Of a DNA stretch of 35,830 bases, positions 10,762-21,600 are shown piece after piece. A model generated the notes under the pieces. That model searched no databases, had not been told where the DNA came from, and worked only from the letters and a program-made list of their open reading frames with translations. A program made the translations under genes and the position numbers. The stretch's first letter is position 1. Every line of letters starts with the position of its first letter. Source of the stretch: Acidimicrobiia bacterium (GTDB lineage: Bacteria > Actinomycetota > Acidimicrobiia > Spongiisociales > Spongiisociaceae); NCBI GenBank assembly GCA_041576165.1, contig JBFGLM010000045.1:1-35830 (forward strand), in the 5' to 3' direction.

Positions 10762-11262
10762 TCAGAGGTGCGCTTCCAGCAGCATGGTGTCCCAGTACCT
10801 TCCCAGCTTGAAGCCGACCTCGGTGAGCGTGCCGGCTGGTTGGTATCCCAGCTTGCGGTGGAGCTCCACCGACGCCTCATTGGGGAGAGCGATGATGGCG
10901 ATCGCCCGGCGGAAGCCGCGCGCTCGCAGCCGTTCCAGCAGCGACGCCAGCAGGTCGGTGCCGATGCCCCGGCCCAGGTAGGCAGTATCGAGCACGATGG
11001 TCGTCTCGACCGACGAACGGTACGCGAGCTTGGGCCGGTACCAGCTCGAGTACGCCACCCCGACCACGTACCGGTCGACTTCGGCAACGAGACAGTCGAG
11101 CGCCGGGTCACGGTCCACCCACCACGCGGTGCGTCGCTCGATGTCCCAGGGTTCGATGTCGAACGATACGTGGTTGTCGACGATCGTCCAGTTGTATATC
11201 TCGTTGATCCGGGCGAAGTCGCTCGGAGCGGCATCTCTGATCACCATCGCCTCAGCTGCCAT
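10762..11262 (-). CDS. GNAT N-acetyltransferase (phosphinothricin / methionine sulfoximine acetyltransferase Pat/YncA-like)
   Basis: Motifs IRDA...D..RI.EIYN, AYR.SVE, GRGIGT.LL, PNEASVELHRKLGY, EVGFKLGRYWD. Start trimmed to ATG 11262. Confidence 0.9.
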   Translation of the reverse strand: MAAEAMVIRDAAPSDFARINEIYNWTIVDNHVSFDIEPWDIERRTAWWVDRDPALDCLVAEVDRYVVGVAYSSWYRPKLAYRSSVETTIVLDTAYLGRGIGTDLLASLLERLRARGFRRAIAIIALPNEASVELHRKLGYQPAGTLTEVGFKLGRYWDTMLLEAHL

Positions 11263-11430
11263 CGTGACCCTCGAAGACGAGGCTAATTGCCCATCCGGCA
11301 CAGGCGCCGCCCGGCCGGGCTGCATTGTGGGCGCCGTCTCGAGCGCTGTCGTCGGCAGCGGGAGGCGTTGGCGGCGAGACAGCAGGGAGATCGGGGTAAC
11401 CTCGCGAATTCCATAGCTGTCGGAGAACCT

Positions 11431-11754
11431 GTGACAAACGGAAAGCTGGCTGCGTATCGCGAAAGCATCGACAACATCGACGCAGCATTGATCTTCTTGC
11501 TCGCTGAACGGTTCAAGATCACCAAGAAGGTCGGCGAGTACAAGGCCAAAGCCGGTATGCCACCGGCCGCCCCAGAACGCGAGAAGGTGATGATTGCGCG
11601 TCTGCGTGAACTTGCCGGATCCGCCCGGCTCGACCCGGAGTTCTCTGAGAAATTCCTGCGGTTCATCATCGACGAGGTCATCCACCACCACGAGCGGATC
11701 GTCGAGGCAAACGCCCATGCCAACGCTGCTCGGGCGGAAGCGACCGCCGACTGA
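11431..11754 (+). CDS. Monofunctional chorismate mutase (AroQ type)
   Basis: LAAYRESIDNIDAALIFLLAERF..T.KVG.YKA...P...PERE...FIIDEVI. GTG 11431 is preceded by GGAGAA. Confidence 0.9.
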   Translation: MTNGKLAAYRESIDNIDAALIFLLAERFKITKKVGEYKAKAGMPPAAPEREKVMIARLRELAGSARLDPEFSEKFLRFIIDEVIHHHERIVEANAHANAARAEATAD

Positions 11755-11773
11755 CGGAGGGTTGGATCCAGAC

Positions 11774-13183
11774 CTAGGCCCGGGCCGGCCAGATGGCAGC
11801 GAAGCGCTCTACTGCATCCTCGAGCGCAGCCGGCGACCGGTAGTAGGGAATCCGGATGTGACTGGTGGCGACCCCGTCACTGACCGCCAGCAACGGGCCG
11901 GCCACGACCGCTACCCCGTTACGGAGCATCCGTTGGCTGAATGCTGTGGCGTCGGTGTCCGGGATCTCGACCCACAGATGCGGACCACCCTGTGGCAGCG
12001 TCCAGCGCCAGTCCGGAAGCAGCGAGCCGAGCGCGTCGGTGCAGGCCAGCAACGAGCGACACAGGCTGTCCTTGCGCCACGCCCGGGTGTCCTCATAATG
12101 CTCCAACAGCGCGGTCGCCAGCACCTGTATTGGAGCGGAGGATCCCAAATCGGCCGTAGCCTTGACGCCGGCGAGGTGCGAGATGACGGTGGAGTTGGCG
12201 CGAATCCACCCGACCCGGAGGCCACCCCAGAACACTTTGGAGAGGCTGCCGACCGTGATGATCGGCGCATCCGCCTCGATCGCGGCCAGCGGCGGCGGCG
12301 CCGGGGTGCCGAAGTCGAGCTCTGCGAGCGTCAGATCGTCGACGGTGGTGGTCCCGGTTTCGGCGATCAGGCGGGCCAGGCGCTTGCGTTCCACCGGCTC
12401 GAGCAGAAGCCCCGTTGGGTTGTGGAAAGTGGGAATGACATACAGCATGCGTGGATGCTTCGCCCGGAGGACGTGGCTCAGATCCTCCACGTCGATTCCG
12501 GTAGGACCCATCCGCACCGGCACTGCGTCGGCGCCCGCGTGCGAGATGGCATCCAGTGCACCGGGAAAGCTCACCTCTTCCACGGCCACCGCGTCCCCGG
12601 TGCGTGTCAGCGCTCTGATGACGAGCGAGATGGCTTGTTGGGCTCCAGTGGTGATCAAGACCTCTTCGTCGGATGTCCGCAGGCCTCGCATGGTGAGGAG
12701 CTCTGCAAGTTTGGCCCGCAAGAGGGGATGTCCGCCTGGGTGGTATCCATGCCCCCGCCACAGCGTCTCAGGGTCGGTCAAGTGAGCGGTCGGGGCGGCG
12801 AGGATGTCCCTGACGATCGGTGCCGGGTCGGGCACCGCCACCGTCAGGTCGATCACGTCGGGATGGTTGCGCAACAGCGTGGCGAACATGCCGTTTGCCC
12901 GGTACGCGCCGACAGGGGAGTAGCCGGCCGCGGTGACGGTGGTAGCTGAGCCTTGGCGGGCGTCCACCCATCCGCCCGACCGCAATTCGGCGTACGCCGC
13001 AGAGACCGTGTTACGACTCACAGCCAGGGCTGCCGCCAGGCTGCGCTCAGGTGGCAGACTGGCGCCGGTACTGATCTGGCCCTGCTCGAGTAGCCGCTCG
13101 ATGCCGGCGGACAGCTTGCGATAAAGGGGACCCTTGCCCGCGTCCCACTTTCCCAACAGCGTCACCAGATCGCTCACTGTCAT
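11774..13183 (-). CDS. MocR/GabR-type regulator (GntR wHTH + PLP-dependent aminotransferase domain)
   Basis: w[34 protein letters not shown]; [33 protein letters not shown] (PLP Lys). Confidence 0.93.
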   Translation of the reverse strand: MTVSDLVTLLGKWDAGKGPLYRKLSAGIERLLEQGQISTGASLPPERSLAAALAVSRNTVSAAYAELRSGGWVDARQGSATTVTAAGYSPVGAYRANGMFATLLRNHPDVIDLTVAVPDPAPIVRDILAAPTAHLTDPETLWRGHGYHPGGHPLLRAKLAELLTMRGLRTSDEEVLITTGAQQAISLVIRALTRTGDAVAVEEVSFPGALDAISHAGADAVPVRMGPTGIDVEDLSHVLRAKHPRMLYVIPTFHNPTGLLLEPVERKRLARLIAETGTTTVDDLTLAELDFGTPAPPPLAAIEADAPIITVGSLSKVFWGGLRVGWIRANSTVISHLAGVKATADLGSSAPIQVLATALLEHYEDTRAWRKDSLCRSLLACTDALGSLLPDWRWTLPQGGPHLWVEIPDTDATAFSQRMLRNGVAVVAGPLLAVSDGVATSHIRIPYYRSPAALEDAVERFAAIWPARA

Positions 13184-13216
13184 ACGTCGCTCCGATCAAT
13201 TGTTCCAATCATTCCG

Positions 13217-13246
13217 ATATTGGCCCTAGCAATCAAGAGCCAATAT
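13217..13246. promoter_or_regulatory. Putative MocR operator: perfect inverted repeat ATATTGGC-N14-GCCAATAT
   Basis: Arms at 13217-13224 and 13239-13246 in the divergent mocR/lysE spacer; an extra CCAAT half-site at 13205-13209. Confidence 0.6.
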
Positions 13247-13278
13247 GGCGAAAGTGGGCGCATGGCGGAGCGGATCAC

Positions 13279-13863
13279 ATGAATGTGGGCGCACTTGCCA
13301 TCTTTGCGTTCGTGGGTTCGATCACCCCGGGCCCGAACAATCTGATGCTGTGGGCGTCGGGTATGAACTTCGGGCTGCGTCGCACGGTTCGCCACCTGGC
13401 CGGGGTCAACATCGGGTTCTCGTCATAGCTGGTCGCTGTTGCGCTTGGACTCGGGACCCTGTTTCAAACGTGGCTGTGGCTGTCAGCGGTGCTGCGGGCC
13501 CTCGGATCCATGTACCTGCTCTATCTCGCGTACAGGATTGCCCGCGCCGGTCGAACGGAAGCAGGGGGCACTGCCCGCCCGTTCACATTCATCGAGGCAG
13601 TGGCGTTTCAGTACGTCAACCCGAAGGCTTGGGTAATGGCAATCACCGCAGCCGGAGCGTTCCTCCCGGCCGACCAGTCGGTGATCGTGGCGACGGCTGT
13701 GCTGGCCGGCGTATTCGCCATCATCAACCTGCCGTGCATCACAACCTGGGCGGCCGCCGGCACCGCCGTCGGCCGTATTATGCGGGATGACCGTCGGCGT
13801 CGCCCCGTCAACGGCGCGCTGGCTCTGCTGCTGGTCGGAACCGTCTACCTCATCAACGCCTGA
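13279..13863 (+). pseudogene. LysE/RhtB family amino-acid exporter interrupted by an in-frame TAG at codon 50
   Basis: ATG 13279 (GGAG upstream) reads [36 protein letters not shown]...GFSS, then TAG 13426-13428, then continues in the same frame LVAVALGLG...YLLYLAYRIA...FQYVNPKAW to TGA 13863. Confidence 0.85.
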
Positions 13864-14035
13864 ACCGGAATCGTTGCGACGGACGCCGATTCGGGCGGCG
13901 TGAGGTCATCCGCCTTCGATCGACCCTCGGTGGGCAAAAACAAGGTCGCGTCGAGCTGCGCAGCCGCGGACGGGGTCGTTGGGCACCCGCCGGCCGGCCC
14001 CGGCGCTACGGCCGGAGCCAGCCGATGTTCTGGGC

Positions 14036-15016
14036 TCAGTATCCGACGCCGACCACTGCCGGCTCGGTGGTGGCGAACAGGTCTTCCAAGAGGATCGAAG
14101 CTCTTTGGTCCAGCGTCAGGGCCGCGTCGCGGGCGGCGTCCATCTCCTCAGTGGTCAGACGACTGAGCTCGACCAGCTCCAGCTCCTCGATATCTGTGTC
14201 GTCGCCGCGCCAGCCGACCTGTATGTTGCCGATACCTTCTGCGTAGTACTTGAGCTGGTGCGCCCCGGGCTCGTCATCGTTGAACTCGTTAACAATCATG
14301 ACGTCCTGATAGCAGTCCACTGCGACGCACGTTTGTGCGCCCAGTTCCCAGATGAAGGCGCGATCGTTGAATTCGACCTCCGGCCCCCAACCTTGAGAGA
14401 AGCTGGCGGAGCCCACTCGGGGTCGAGCCGGCATTGCGATGCCTGCCCGGGCGTCTTCGGAACCCGCGAGCCAGGCGGGAGCGATGATGAACTCTCCCTC
14501 TTCCCACTCCTCGGGATACTCGCCCATTCGCCACACCGTGCCCTCGTCGTCCTGTGCGTAGAAGGCGATTTCGGTTTCGACCATCTCGCCATCGCTGTAG
14601 TCGACGTCCCATCTGATCAGCGACGGCACTCCATCGATCACCTTGACCAGGTCGGTGACGATGAAGATCAGCCGGTGGTTGAGGGTCTCGCTGCCCTCCC
14701 GGGTGAACCCCTCGAACACCATGCGCGTCCCCGGCTCCATCGGAAGCCACGGGTTGTCGATGACGGTGGGAGCGCTGAACGTGGCCGGTTCGAAGCCCTC
14801 ATAGAGCGGAACCGATTCGCCGTTCCCCAGGTTCACCATCGGCCCCGGCTCACGCGCCACGCCCGGTGTCATAGTGGCTTGCTCGGCAGCCATACTGGTA
14901 GTGGACGTTGGCGGTTGGGTCGGCGCGGGAGCCGACGTCAGCTCCGGGCTGTCTGCGCAAGCCACCACCACCAACAGGAATGCGACCAAAGCTGCTGTGC
15001 GTGTCGTCCTCTGCAC
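14036..15016 (-). CDS. Acidic lipoprotein of unknown function, last gene of the RND operon
   Basis: GTG 15016 follows GAGAGAGGAG. Signal peptide with lipobox VVAC, P/T-rich linker, then a domain with IDNPWLP..PG, YAQDDEGTVW..GE, WLAG, KYYAEGIG. Confidence 0.78.
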   Translation of the reverse strand: MQRTTRTAALVAFLLVVVACADSPELTSAPAPTQPPTSTTSMAAEQATMTPGVAREPGPMVNLGNGESVPLYEGFEPATFSAPTVIDNPWLPMEPGTRMVFEGFTREGSETLNHRLIFIVTDLVKVIDGVPSLIRWDVDYSDGEMVETEIAFYAQDDEGTVWRMGEYPEEWEEGEFIIAPAWLAGSEDARAGIAMPARPRVGSASFSQGWGPEVEFNDRAFIWELGAQTCVAVDCYQDVMIVNEFNDDEPGAHQLKYYAEGIGNIQVGWRGDDTDIEELELVELSRLTTEEMDAARDAALTLDQRASILLEDLFATTEPAVVGVGY

Positions 15017-15051
15017 CGCGCAACTCCTCTCTCTCGTCAGTAAACGATCTT

Positions 15052-18000
15052 TCATCCGGCCGCCACCGGCTCTGCATGTCCGCCCCTCCGCGACTTGGCG
15101 AACGCCAGGTACAGGGATGGAACGACGAACAGGTTCAGCAAGGTCGCGGTGATCAGGCCGCCGAGAATCACAATCGCCATCGGATACTCGATCTCCTGAC
15201 CGGGGATGTCACCCGAAATGATCAACGGCACCAATGCCAACCCGGTGGTGAGAACCGTCATCAGGATCGGAATCAGCCTCTCCTGAGCGCCCCGCAGCAC
15301 GAGATCCACGCCGAAGGGCACGTCTTCCTCGTCCTCGAGATGCTGATAGTGGCTGATCAGCATGATGCCGTTGCGAGCCACGATGCCGAGCACCGTGAAG
15401 AAGCCGATCAGGGTACCGAGCGAGACAATACCGCCCCCTATGTAGGCGCCGATGACGCCTCCGACGAGCGCGAACGGCAGGGTCAGGAACGAAAGCGTTG
15501 CCAGCCTCCAGCTCCGGTATGAGGCCTGGAGCAGCAGGAAGACTGCCGCGGCCGCAGCGCCGGCGAACAGCATGAGCCGGTTGGACGCAGCTTGCCGTTC
15601 CTGGAACTCGCCGAGCAGCTCCGCCCGATATTCGAGCGGCCAGGTGATCTCGTTTTCGATGCGCTCGTCGAGTTCGCGGACCACGCTCCCGAGATCCCGG
15701 GTCCCGTCGAGGTTGGCTCCAACGTCGATGCTGCGGGACAGATCCTCGTGGTGGATGATGTTGGGCACCGCGACTACCTGTACGTCGGCCACCTCGTCAA
15801 GCCGTACCAACTCGCCGGTCGGTGTGTCGAGGAGGAGTCCCTGCACGTCGGTCAGGCTCGCCCTGGTTGCCGGCGTGCTCCACAGCTGGACGTCGTACGC
15901 TTTGCCACCGACGAAGATGTCTCCCGCCTCTTCACCTGCGATCAGATATGACGCGGCCCGGCGCACGTCACCCGGCTTCAAGCCATACTGGCCTGCCTTC
16001 TCCAGGTCGACCTCGACCTGGATTTGGGGAATGTCCTCCTGGAACTCGACGTGGTTCTCCTTCACGCCGGGAATGCTGCCGAGTATTTCGTTGACCTCGG
16101 TGGCCTGAACTCGCAGCGTCTGCAGATCAGGGCCGAAGATCCGGACGGTGATTGCTTCGCTCGAACCGGTCAGCACCTCCCGGATGCGCTCCTTGAGGTA
16201 CGTCAGAACATCGCGGAACAGGCCGGGATAACCGTCGACCACCTCCTGCACCAGCGCCACCGTTTCGTCGTAGTCGGCCTCCGGGTCAACACTTATCCAG
16301 TTCTCCCCGAAGTCGATGCCCACCGGCTCGTCGGCGAGCAGTGCCTGGCCGATATGTGCGCCGAAATTGCGCACGCCCGGGATCTGGCGCAGCTCGACAC
16401 TCGCCTGCGTCGTGATCCGGACCATCTCGGGTTGAGACGTGCCCGGCTTGGCCAGCCAGTGCATCAGGAAGTCCCGCTCCTTGAAGGTGGGCAGCAACGA
16501 CTGGCCCATGAACGGCAGCATGGCCGCCGCCACGACCGACACGAGCGCAACCGCAACATACGCCTTCCCGGGCTTGGGAATGATCCGGGACAGGACCGCG
16601 GCATATGCCCGCTTGAGCGGCGGGACTGCCGGCGACTCACGATGGTTCAAGGATCCAGGCTTGCGGAAGAAGATCAGGCTCAGAGCCGGCGTCACCGTCA
16701 ACGCCACCACCATCGAGGCCAGCAGAGCCAGGGCATAGGACGTGACCAGTGGACGGAAGAACGAGCCCGAGAGACCTTCCAGCATGAAGATCGGCGTTAT
16801 AGCCGCGACCTCGATCAGCGTGGCATACACGATCGCGCTGCGCACCTCGAGCGATGCATCCAGGATGATGCGGGCCGTCGATCTCGTACTGCCCTCGGAA
16901 CGGTAGATCCGCAGACGACGCACGACGTTTTCGATGTCGATGATCGCGTCGTCGACTATGTCACCGAGCGCGATCACGAACCCCGCCAGGATCATCGTAT
17001 TGATCGTGGCTCCCCGGGCGTAGAGCACCAGACCGGCAGTGATCAGCGAGAGGGGGATCGCGATAACGCTGATCAGTGCCGTGCGCCATTCATAGAGGAA
17101 CAACGCGAGCATGAGAATCATCAAGACCGCGCCCATGAAGATGGCCACGCTCAGGTTTTCGATCGATTGCTCGATGAAGCTGGCCGGGCGGAAGATCTCG
17201 GAGTCCATCTTGATCCCGGGCAAACCCGGCTCGAGCTCTTTGAGCGCCGCTTCGACGCCCTCGGTGACATCGAGGGTGTTGGCCCAGGGCAGCTTCTCAA
17301 CGATCAGCATCAAACCCTCGCCGTCGTTGATGACGGCGTCACCGATGAGCGGCTGATGGTCCGTCACGAGGTCGGCCACGTCACCCAGCCGCAGTGTCGT
17401 ACCCTGCGGAGTGTCGCTGATCGGTACTTCCGCGAGATCGTCGGGCGTGACAATGGGCAGGACATGCTGCACGCTCAGGCGTTCACCGGATGTCTCGACC
17501 CATCCGCCCCGTCCGATATAGGCGCCGTCGGTGTAGGTGGCCAGACCCGCGTCGAGCGCGTCCGAGGTGGTGTTCATCACCTGTTCGAGCGTCACCCCGT
17601 TCTGGTTGAGCCGCTCCGGATCGACCTGCACCTGCAGCATCTCCAGCCGTTCACCCCAGATCGGGACGTTGGCCACGCCGGGCACCCGCAGCAGCCGGGC
17701 CCGGATCTTCCAGTATGCGATCATCGACATGTCGATCGTCGAGAGCGTGTCCGACTCGAGCCCGATCTTCACGGTCCTGCTGGTCGCGGACAACGGCTGG
17801 ATCATGAAGGGCGGGCTGGTCCAGCTCGGCAGCGTCGGGATGATCATGGAGATCCGCTCTTGGACATGCTGGCGGGCCGTCAAGAGATCGGTCCCGGGTT
17901 TGAAGATCAGCTCGATCTGGGACAGCTGTTCGATCGATCTCGAGCGGATCACTTCGAGTTCGGGCACACCGTTCAGGGTGTGTTCAAGCGGGATAGTAAC

Positions 18001-18192
18001 CAGGGACTCGACTTCAGAGGCCGAGAGTCCCAGTGCGGGTGTCTGTACCTCGACGCGGGGTGGAGCAAACTCGGGGAACACGTCGATCGGCGCATTTCTG
18101 AGCTGTAACACTCCACCGAAGATCAGGCCGGCGGCGGCTGCAACAACTACGAATCGAAACTTGAGGCTCGATCCAACGACCCAACGTAGCAT
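15052..18192 (-). CDS. RND efflux permease, CzcA/CusA(HME)-like, subunit 2
   Basis: 1046 aa; [31 protein letters not shown]4 [45 protein letters not shown]. Confidence 0.95.
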   Translation of the reverse strand: MLRWVVGSSLKFRFVVVAAAAGLIFGGVLQLRNAPIDVFPEFAPPRVEVQTPALGLSASEVESLVTIPLEHTLNGVPELEVIRSRSIEQLSQIELIFKPGTDLLTARQHVQERISMIIPTLPSWTSPPFMIQPLSATSRTVKIGLESDTLSTIDMSMIAYWKIRARLLRVPGVANVPIWGERLEMLQVQVDPERLNQNGVTLEQVMNTTSDALDAGLATYTDGAYIGRGGWVETSGERLSVQHVLPIVTPDDLAEVPISDTPQGTTLRLGDVADLVTDHQPLIGDAVINDGEGLMLIVEKLPWANTLDVTEGVEAALKELEPGLPGIKMDSEIFRPASFIEQSIENLSVAIFMGAVLMILMLALFLYEWRTALISVIAIPLSLITAGLVLYARGATINTMILAGFVIALGDIVDDAIIDIENVVRRLRIYRSEGSTRSTARIILDASLEVRSAIVYATLIEVAAITPIFMLEGLSGSFFRPLVTSYALALLASMVVALTVTPALSLIFFRKPGSLNHRESPAVPPLKRAYAAVLSRIIPKPGKAYVAVALVSVVAAAMLPFMGQSLLPTFKERDFLMHWLAKPGTSQPEMVRITTQASVELRQIPGVRNFGAHIGQALLADEPVGIDFGENWISVDPEADYDETVALVQEVVDGYPGLFRDVLTYLKERIREVLTGSSEAITVRIFGPDLQTLRVQATEVNEILGSIPGVKENHVEFQEDIPQIQVEVDLEKAGQYGLKPGDVRRAASYLIAGEEAGDIFVGGKAYDVQLWSTPATRASLTDVQGLLLDTPTGELVRLDEVADVQVVAVPNIIHHEDLSRSIDVGANLDGTRDLGSVVRELDERIENEITWPLEYRAELLGEFQERQAASNRLMLFAGAAAAAVFLLLQASYRSWRLATLSFLTLPFALVGGVIGAYIGGGIVSLGTLIGFFTVLGIVARNGIMLISHYQHLEDEEDVPFGVDLVLRGAQERLIPILMTVLTTGLALVPLIISGDIPGQEIEYPMAIVILGGLITATLLNLFVVPSLYLAFAKSRRGGHAEPVAAG

Positions 18193-18203
18193 GACCGCCC
18201 CCT

Positions 18204-18644
18204 CTACTTACCGACGCCGACTTCGGTACCGAACAGTTCGGGTACCCCGGCGGTGACCACCGTTGTGCCTCCTGGTGGGCCTTCCGAAAGCACGGCGCGA
18301 CTGCCGTCGTCGTCTTCGACGACGACGGCGTGGCGCAGGAAGACGTTGGGCTCCGGATTCATGTAGACCCAGAACACACCCTCGATGTCGAGCCACAACG
18401 CGCTGCTCGGCACCTCCAGCGAATCTCCGTTGGCGGAGACCTGTGATGTGGTGATCCCCAGGCGCTCGGTCGCTTTGGGGGTGAGCGTCACCTTCTTGAG
18501 GTCGGACCCCGCGATGTCTTCCAGCGTGAACGGTTCGTTCTCGATGACGTACTTGTCCGAGATTGGCTCACCGCATGCGCTGGCCGTGAAGGCGAGGGCG
18601 AGGGCAAGGCTGGTGACGGACGCCGCGCTGCGCCCCTTCATCAC
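18204..18644 (-). CDS. Small lipoprotein resembling the membrane-proximal domain of CzcB/CusB membrane fusion proteins
   Basis: Lipobox ASAC. VTLT...ERLGITT..V is joined directly to VPSSAL......VY.....F.R..V.......V..G...G..VVT.G..EL. Start overlaps the upstream RND stop. Confidence 0.75.
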   Translation of the reverse strand: MMKGRSAASVTSLALALAFTASACGEPISDKYVIENEPFTLEDIAGSDLKKVTLTPKATERLGITTSQVSANGDSLEVPSSALWLDIEGVFWVYMNPEPNVFLRHAVVVEDDDGSRAVLSEGPPGGTTVVTAGVPELFGTEVGVGK

Positions 18645-21600
18645 GCCACCTCCGTTCCCGTGGCAGCAGCTATCTCATCCGCCGTCATGCCGTATTCCTC
18701 TTCGTCCCAGATGGATCTGGGCGCCTCGGTTCCGAACCGCAGGAACAGGGACGGCACCACGAACAAGAGCAGCAGCGTCGTGGCGAGGAGGCCGCCGATG
18801 ATCACGACCGCCATCGGCTGAACGATCTCGAACCCGATGGACCTCCCGCGAACCGCGAATGGCAGCAAGAACACGATGGTGGCCGTCACGGTGGTCAACA
18901 TGGGCATCATCCGGTCACGGGTGCCCCGGATCACCAGGTCCGGCCCAAATGGAATGCCATCATATTGCAGCTCCTGATAACGCCGGATCACCAGGATCGA
19001 CTGACGGGCTGCGAAGCCGAACACGGCGAACAAGCCGGCCACCGATCCGAGCGCAATCTCGCCGCCGGTGATCCAGATGGCGATCAGTCCGCCGGCCAGC
19101 GCCACCGTCATTTCGAGCAGGACGACTGCGCCGAGCCGCCAGCTGTTCACCGCGGCCTCCAACAGGAGGAAGATGAACGCGACGGCGGTGAACCACAGCG
19201 CCGCCAATAGCCACCGCTGGTTCTGCCGGGCGTCGAAACCCCCCAGCAGCTCAGCGTGATACTCGATGGGGAAGGGCACCTCGACGATCGCACTGTCGAC
19301 CTCGGCCGCCACCGCATCAACCGATCGCCCTTCCACGGCCGCGGTCACGTCCAGATACGTGGCCACCGACTCGTGGCGGATCTCCGCCGGTGCGTCGACG
19401 ATCTCTACATCCGCCACCGTGCCGAGCCGGACGCTGCCAAACCGCTCGGTGTCGATCAGTAGGTTCTCGAGGTTCTGCATGTCCTCGCGGAGCGGCTGTT
19501 CGCCCCAGACGACTACGTCGAAGACCTTCTGCTCATCGAAGAGATTCCCCACGGTGATCCCGTTGAGCATGATCGCGGCGGTCCGGCGAATGTCTCCGGG
19601 CTTCAGGCCCACTGCCTGTGCCGCTTGCAGGTCGGTGGTCACTTGAATGGTGCGTTCTTCGGGCGGGTAGTCGATCCGCAGATCCGTGACCCCATCGATG
19701 CGGTCAAGACGCTGATGGACCTCGTTGGCCATGCTGTCGAGCACCGCCGGATCCTCGCCGTACACGCGCACCACGATGTCGTGTTCGGTGCGGCGGAGCA
19801 GCTCGTCGATTCGCTCCTGGGAGTGGGTCAGCACCGACGCACCCAGCTCGGAGTTGCCGGTCACCACCCCTTCGATCGCCGCCAGTGTGGAGTCGTAGGG
19901 GGCGGTCGAGTCCATGTTGACCCAGATCTCGGCCTCGTTCACGTTCGAGACCTGGTCGGACATGATGGCGCGGCCGACATGGGCACCCACCGTCCGAACA
20001 CCCGGGATGTCGGCCAGCTGAGTGACGAGATCCCCGGTCATCTCGTTCATCTTGAGCAGCGATGTCCCGGTGGCAGCGTCGAGATTCACGAGTATGTCGC
20101 GTGTCTGCAGGTCCGGATCGAGTGACGGGCGTAGGAACGCAATTGATATAGCCCCCACCGCCACGATGATCACCGCAAGCAGCGCGGTGGCGGGCCCCGC
20201 GACGAGCCGGGTCATACGGTTGTCATAGGTGCGCTGCAGTCGCTGGGCGATAGGAGAGGGACGTGCGCCGTCCAGTAGCGCGGCGGTCAGGGCCGGCGTG
20301 ACCGTCAGTGCAACGAATAGCGAAGCCCCCACCGCCAGGAGGTACGACGTGAGAATCACCGGCAAGAAAGCGCCGGCAACGCCGTCCATGAAGAAGACGG
20401 GGACGGTGCTCACCCCGATGATCAACACCGCATAGAGCACGGAACTTCGCATCACGAAGAGCGGAGCCACCACCCGGCGGGTCAACGGGACCTCGCCCGT
20501 GTCGTCCTCCACCCGCACTCGGCCGACCACTCGTTCGTTGTCGACTACCGCATCGTCGATCACGATCAGCACTGCCAGCACCAGACCGGCCATCAGCATC
20601 ACGTTGAGCGTCTGACCGCTGAGCAGCAGCACGGCGACGGCGGCCGCGAGCGAGGTGCCGACCACCACAAGGGTGATTACGAGCACCCGCCAGTTGAACA
20701 GGAAGAGTGCGAGCACCAGCAGCGCCAGCACACCACCGATGATCATTGCCGTGCGATAGTTCGCGAACGAGGTCGTTACGTAGTCAGCCGGCCGGTAGAT
20801 GGAGGTGTCCATGTCGAGGCCGGCCATGCCGGGACGCATCGCGTCCAAGGCTTCTTCGAGGCCATCGGCCACGGCCTGGGTATTGGCTTCCGGGAACTTT
20901 TCTACGACGATCAGCTGGCACGGGCCGTCGGAGCAGAGAGCGTCACCGATCAACGGTTGATGATCCTCGGTAACGTTCGTGATATCGCCGACGGTCAGAA
21001 CACGACCGTCGCGCACGAGCGGATTGCCCTCTTCGTCCTCGAGAGGAACGAGCGCGAGCTCGTCCGGCGTCTTGATCGTCTGCTCATGGAAGACTTGCAG
21101 ACGCTGGTTTGTGGTGTCGATGAAGCCACCGGTTCCTGGTTTCGAGGCCTCCAGATAGGTCAGAGGCGACACTTCGAGCGCGTTGCCCGTGGTGCGGATC
21201 ACCTGGCTCAGGGTCACGCCGTTCTCCTGCAACACCGCAGGATCCACTACGACCTGGAGCTGACGGTCGCGGAGCCCAAACGTCGACACGTTGGCCACAC
21301 CCTCGACACCGAGCAGTCGGGGTCCGATGATCCAGCGTGCCAGCACCGAGATATCGATGGGTGACAGTTCGTTCGACGACAATCGGATGATCGCGGCGCG
21401 GTTGGTCGACGACAGCGGCTGCAGCATCTGCGGCGGCTTGGCCACTTCGGGCAACCCTGCAACGCCTACAGCTTGGGTCAGGCGCTCGTTCACCACTTGC
21501 CGGGCGTCGAGCAAGTCGGTACCCGGCTCAAATGTCAGCAGCACCGACGACAGCCCTGGCAGCGACACCGATTCGATGTCCTGGAGGAACGCGACCCCAT

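Noticed and set aside
13426-13428. Pyrrolysine or stop-codon recoding of the LysE TAG
   Set aside because: TAG serves as a normal stop elsewhere in the window (e.g. the MocR gene), the site lies in a TM helix, and no pyl genes are visible.
16024-18108. Long antisense ORFs (694 aa here; also 668-1633, 3413-4639, 11594-12949, 29228-31096, 31727-32989)
   Set aside because: These are shadow ORFs opposite well-supported genes, expected from high-GC codon bias, with no recognisable motifs.
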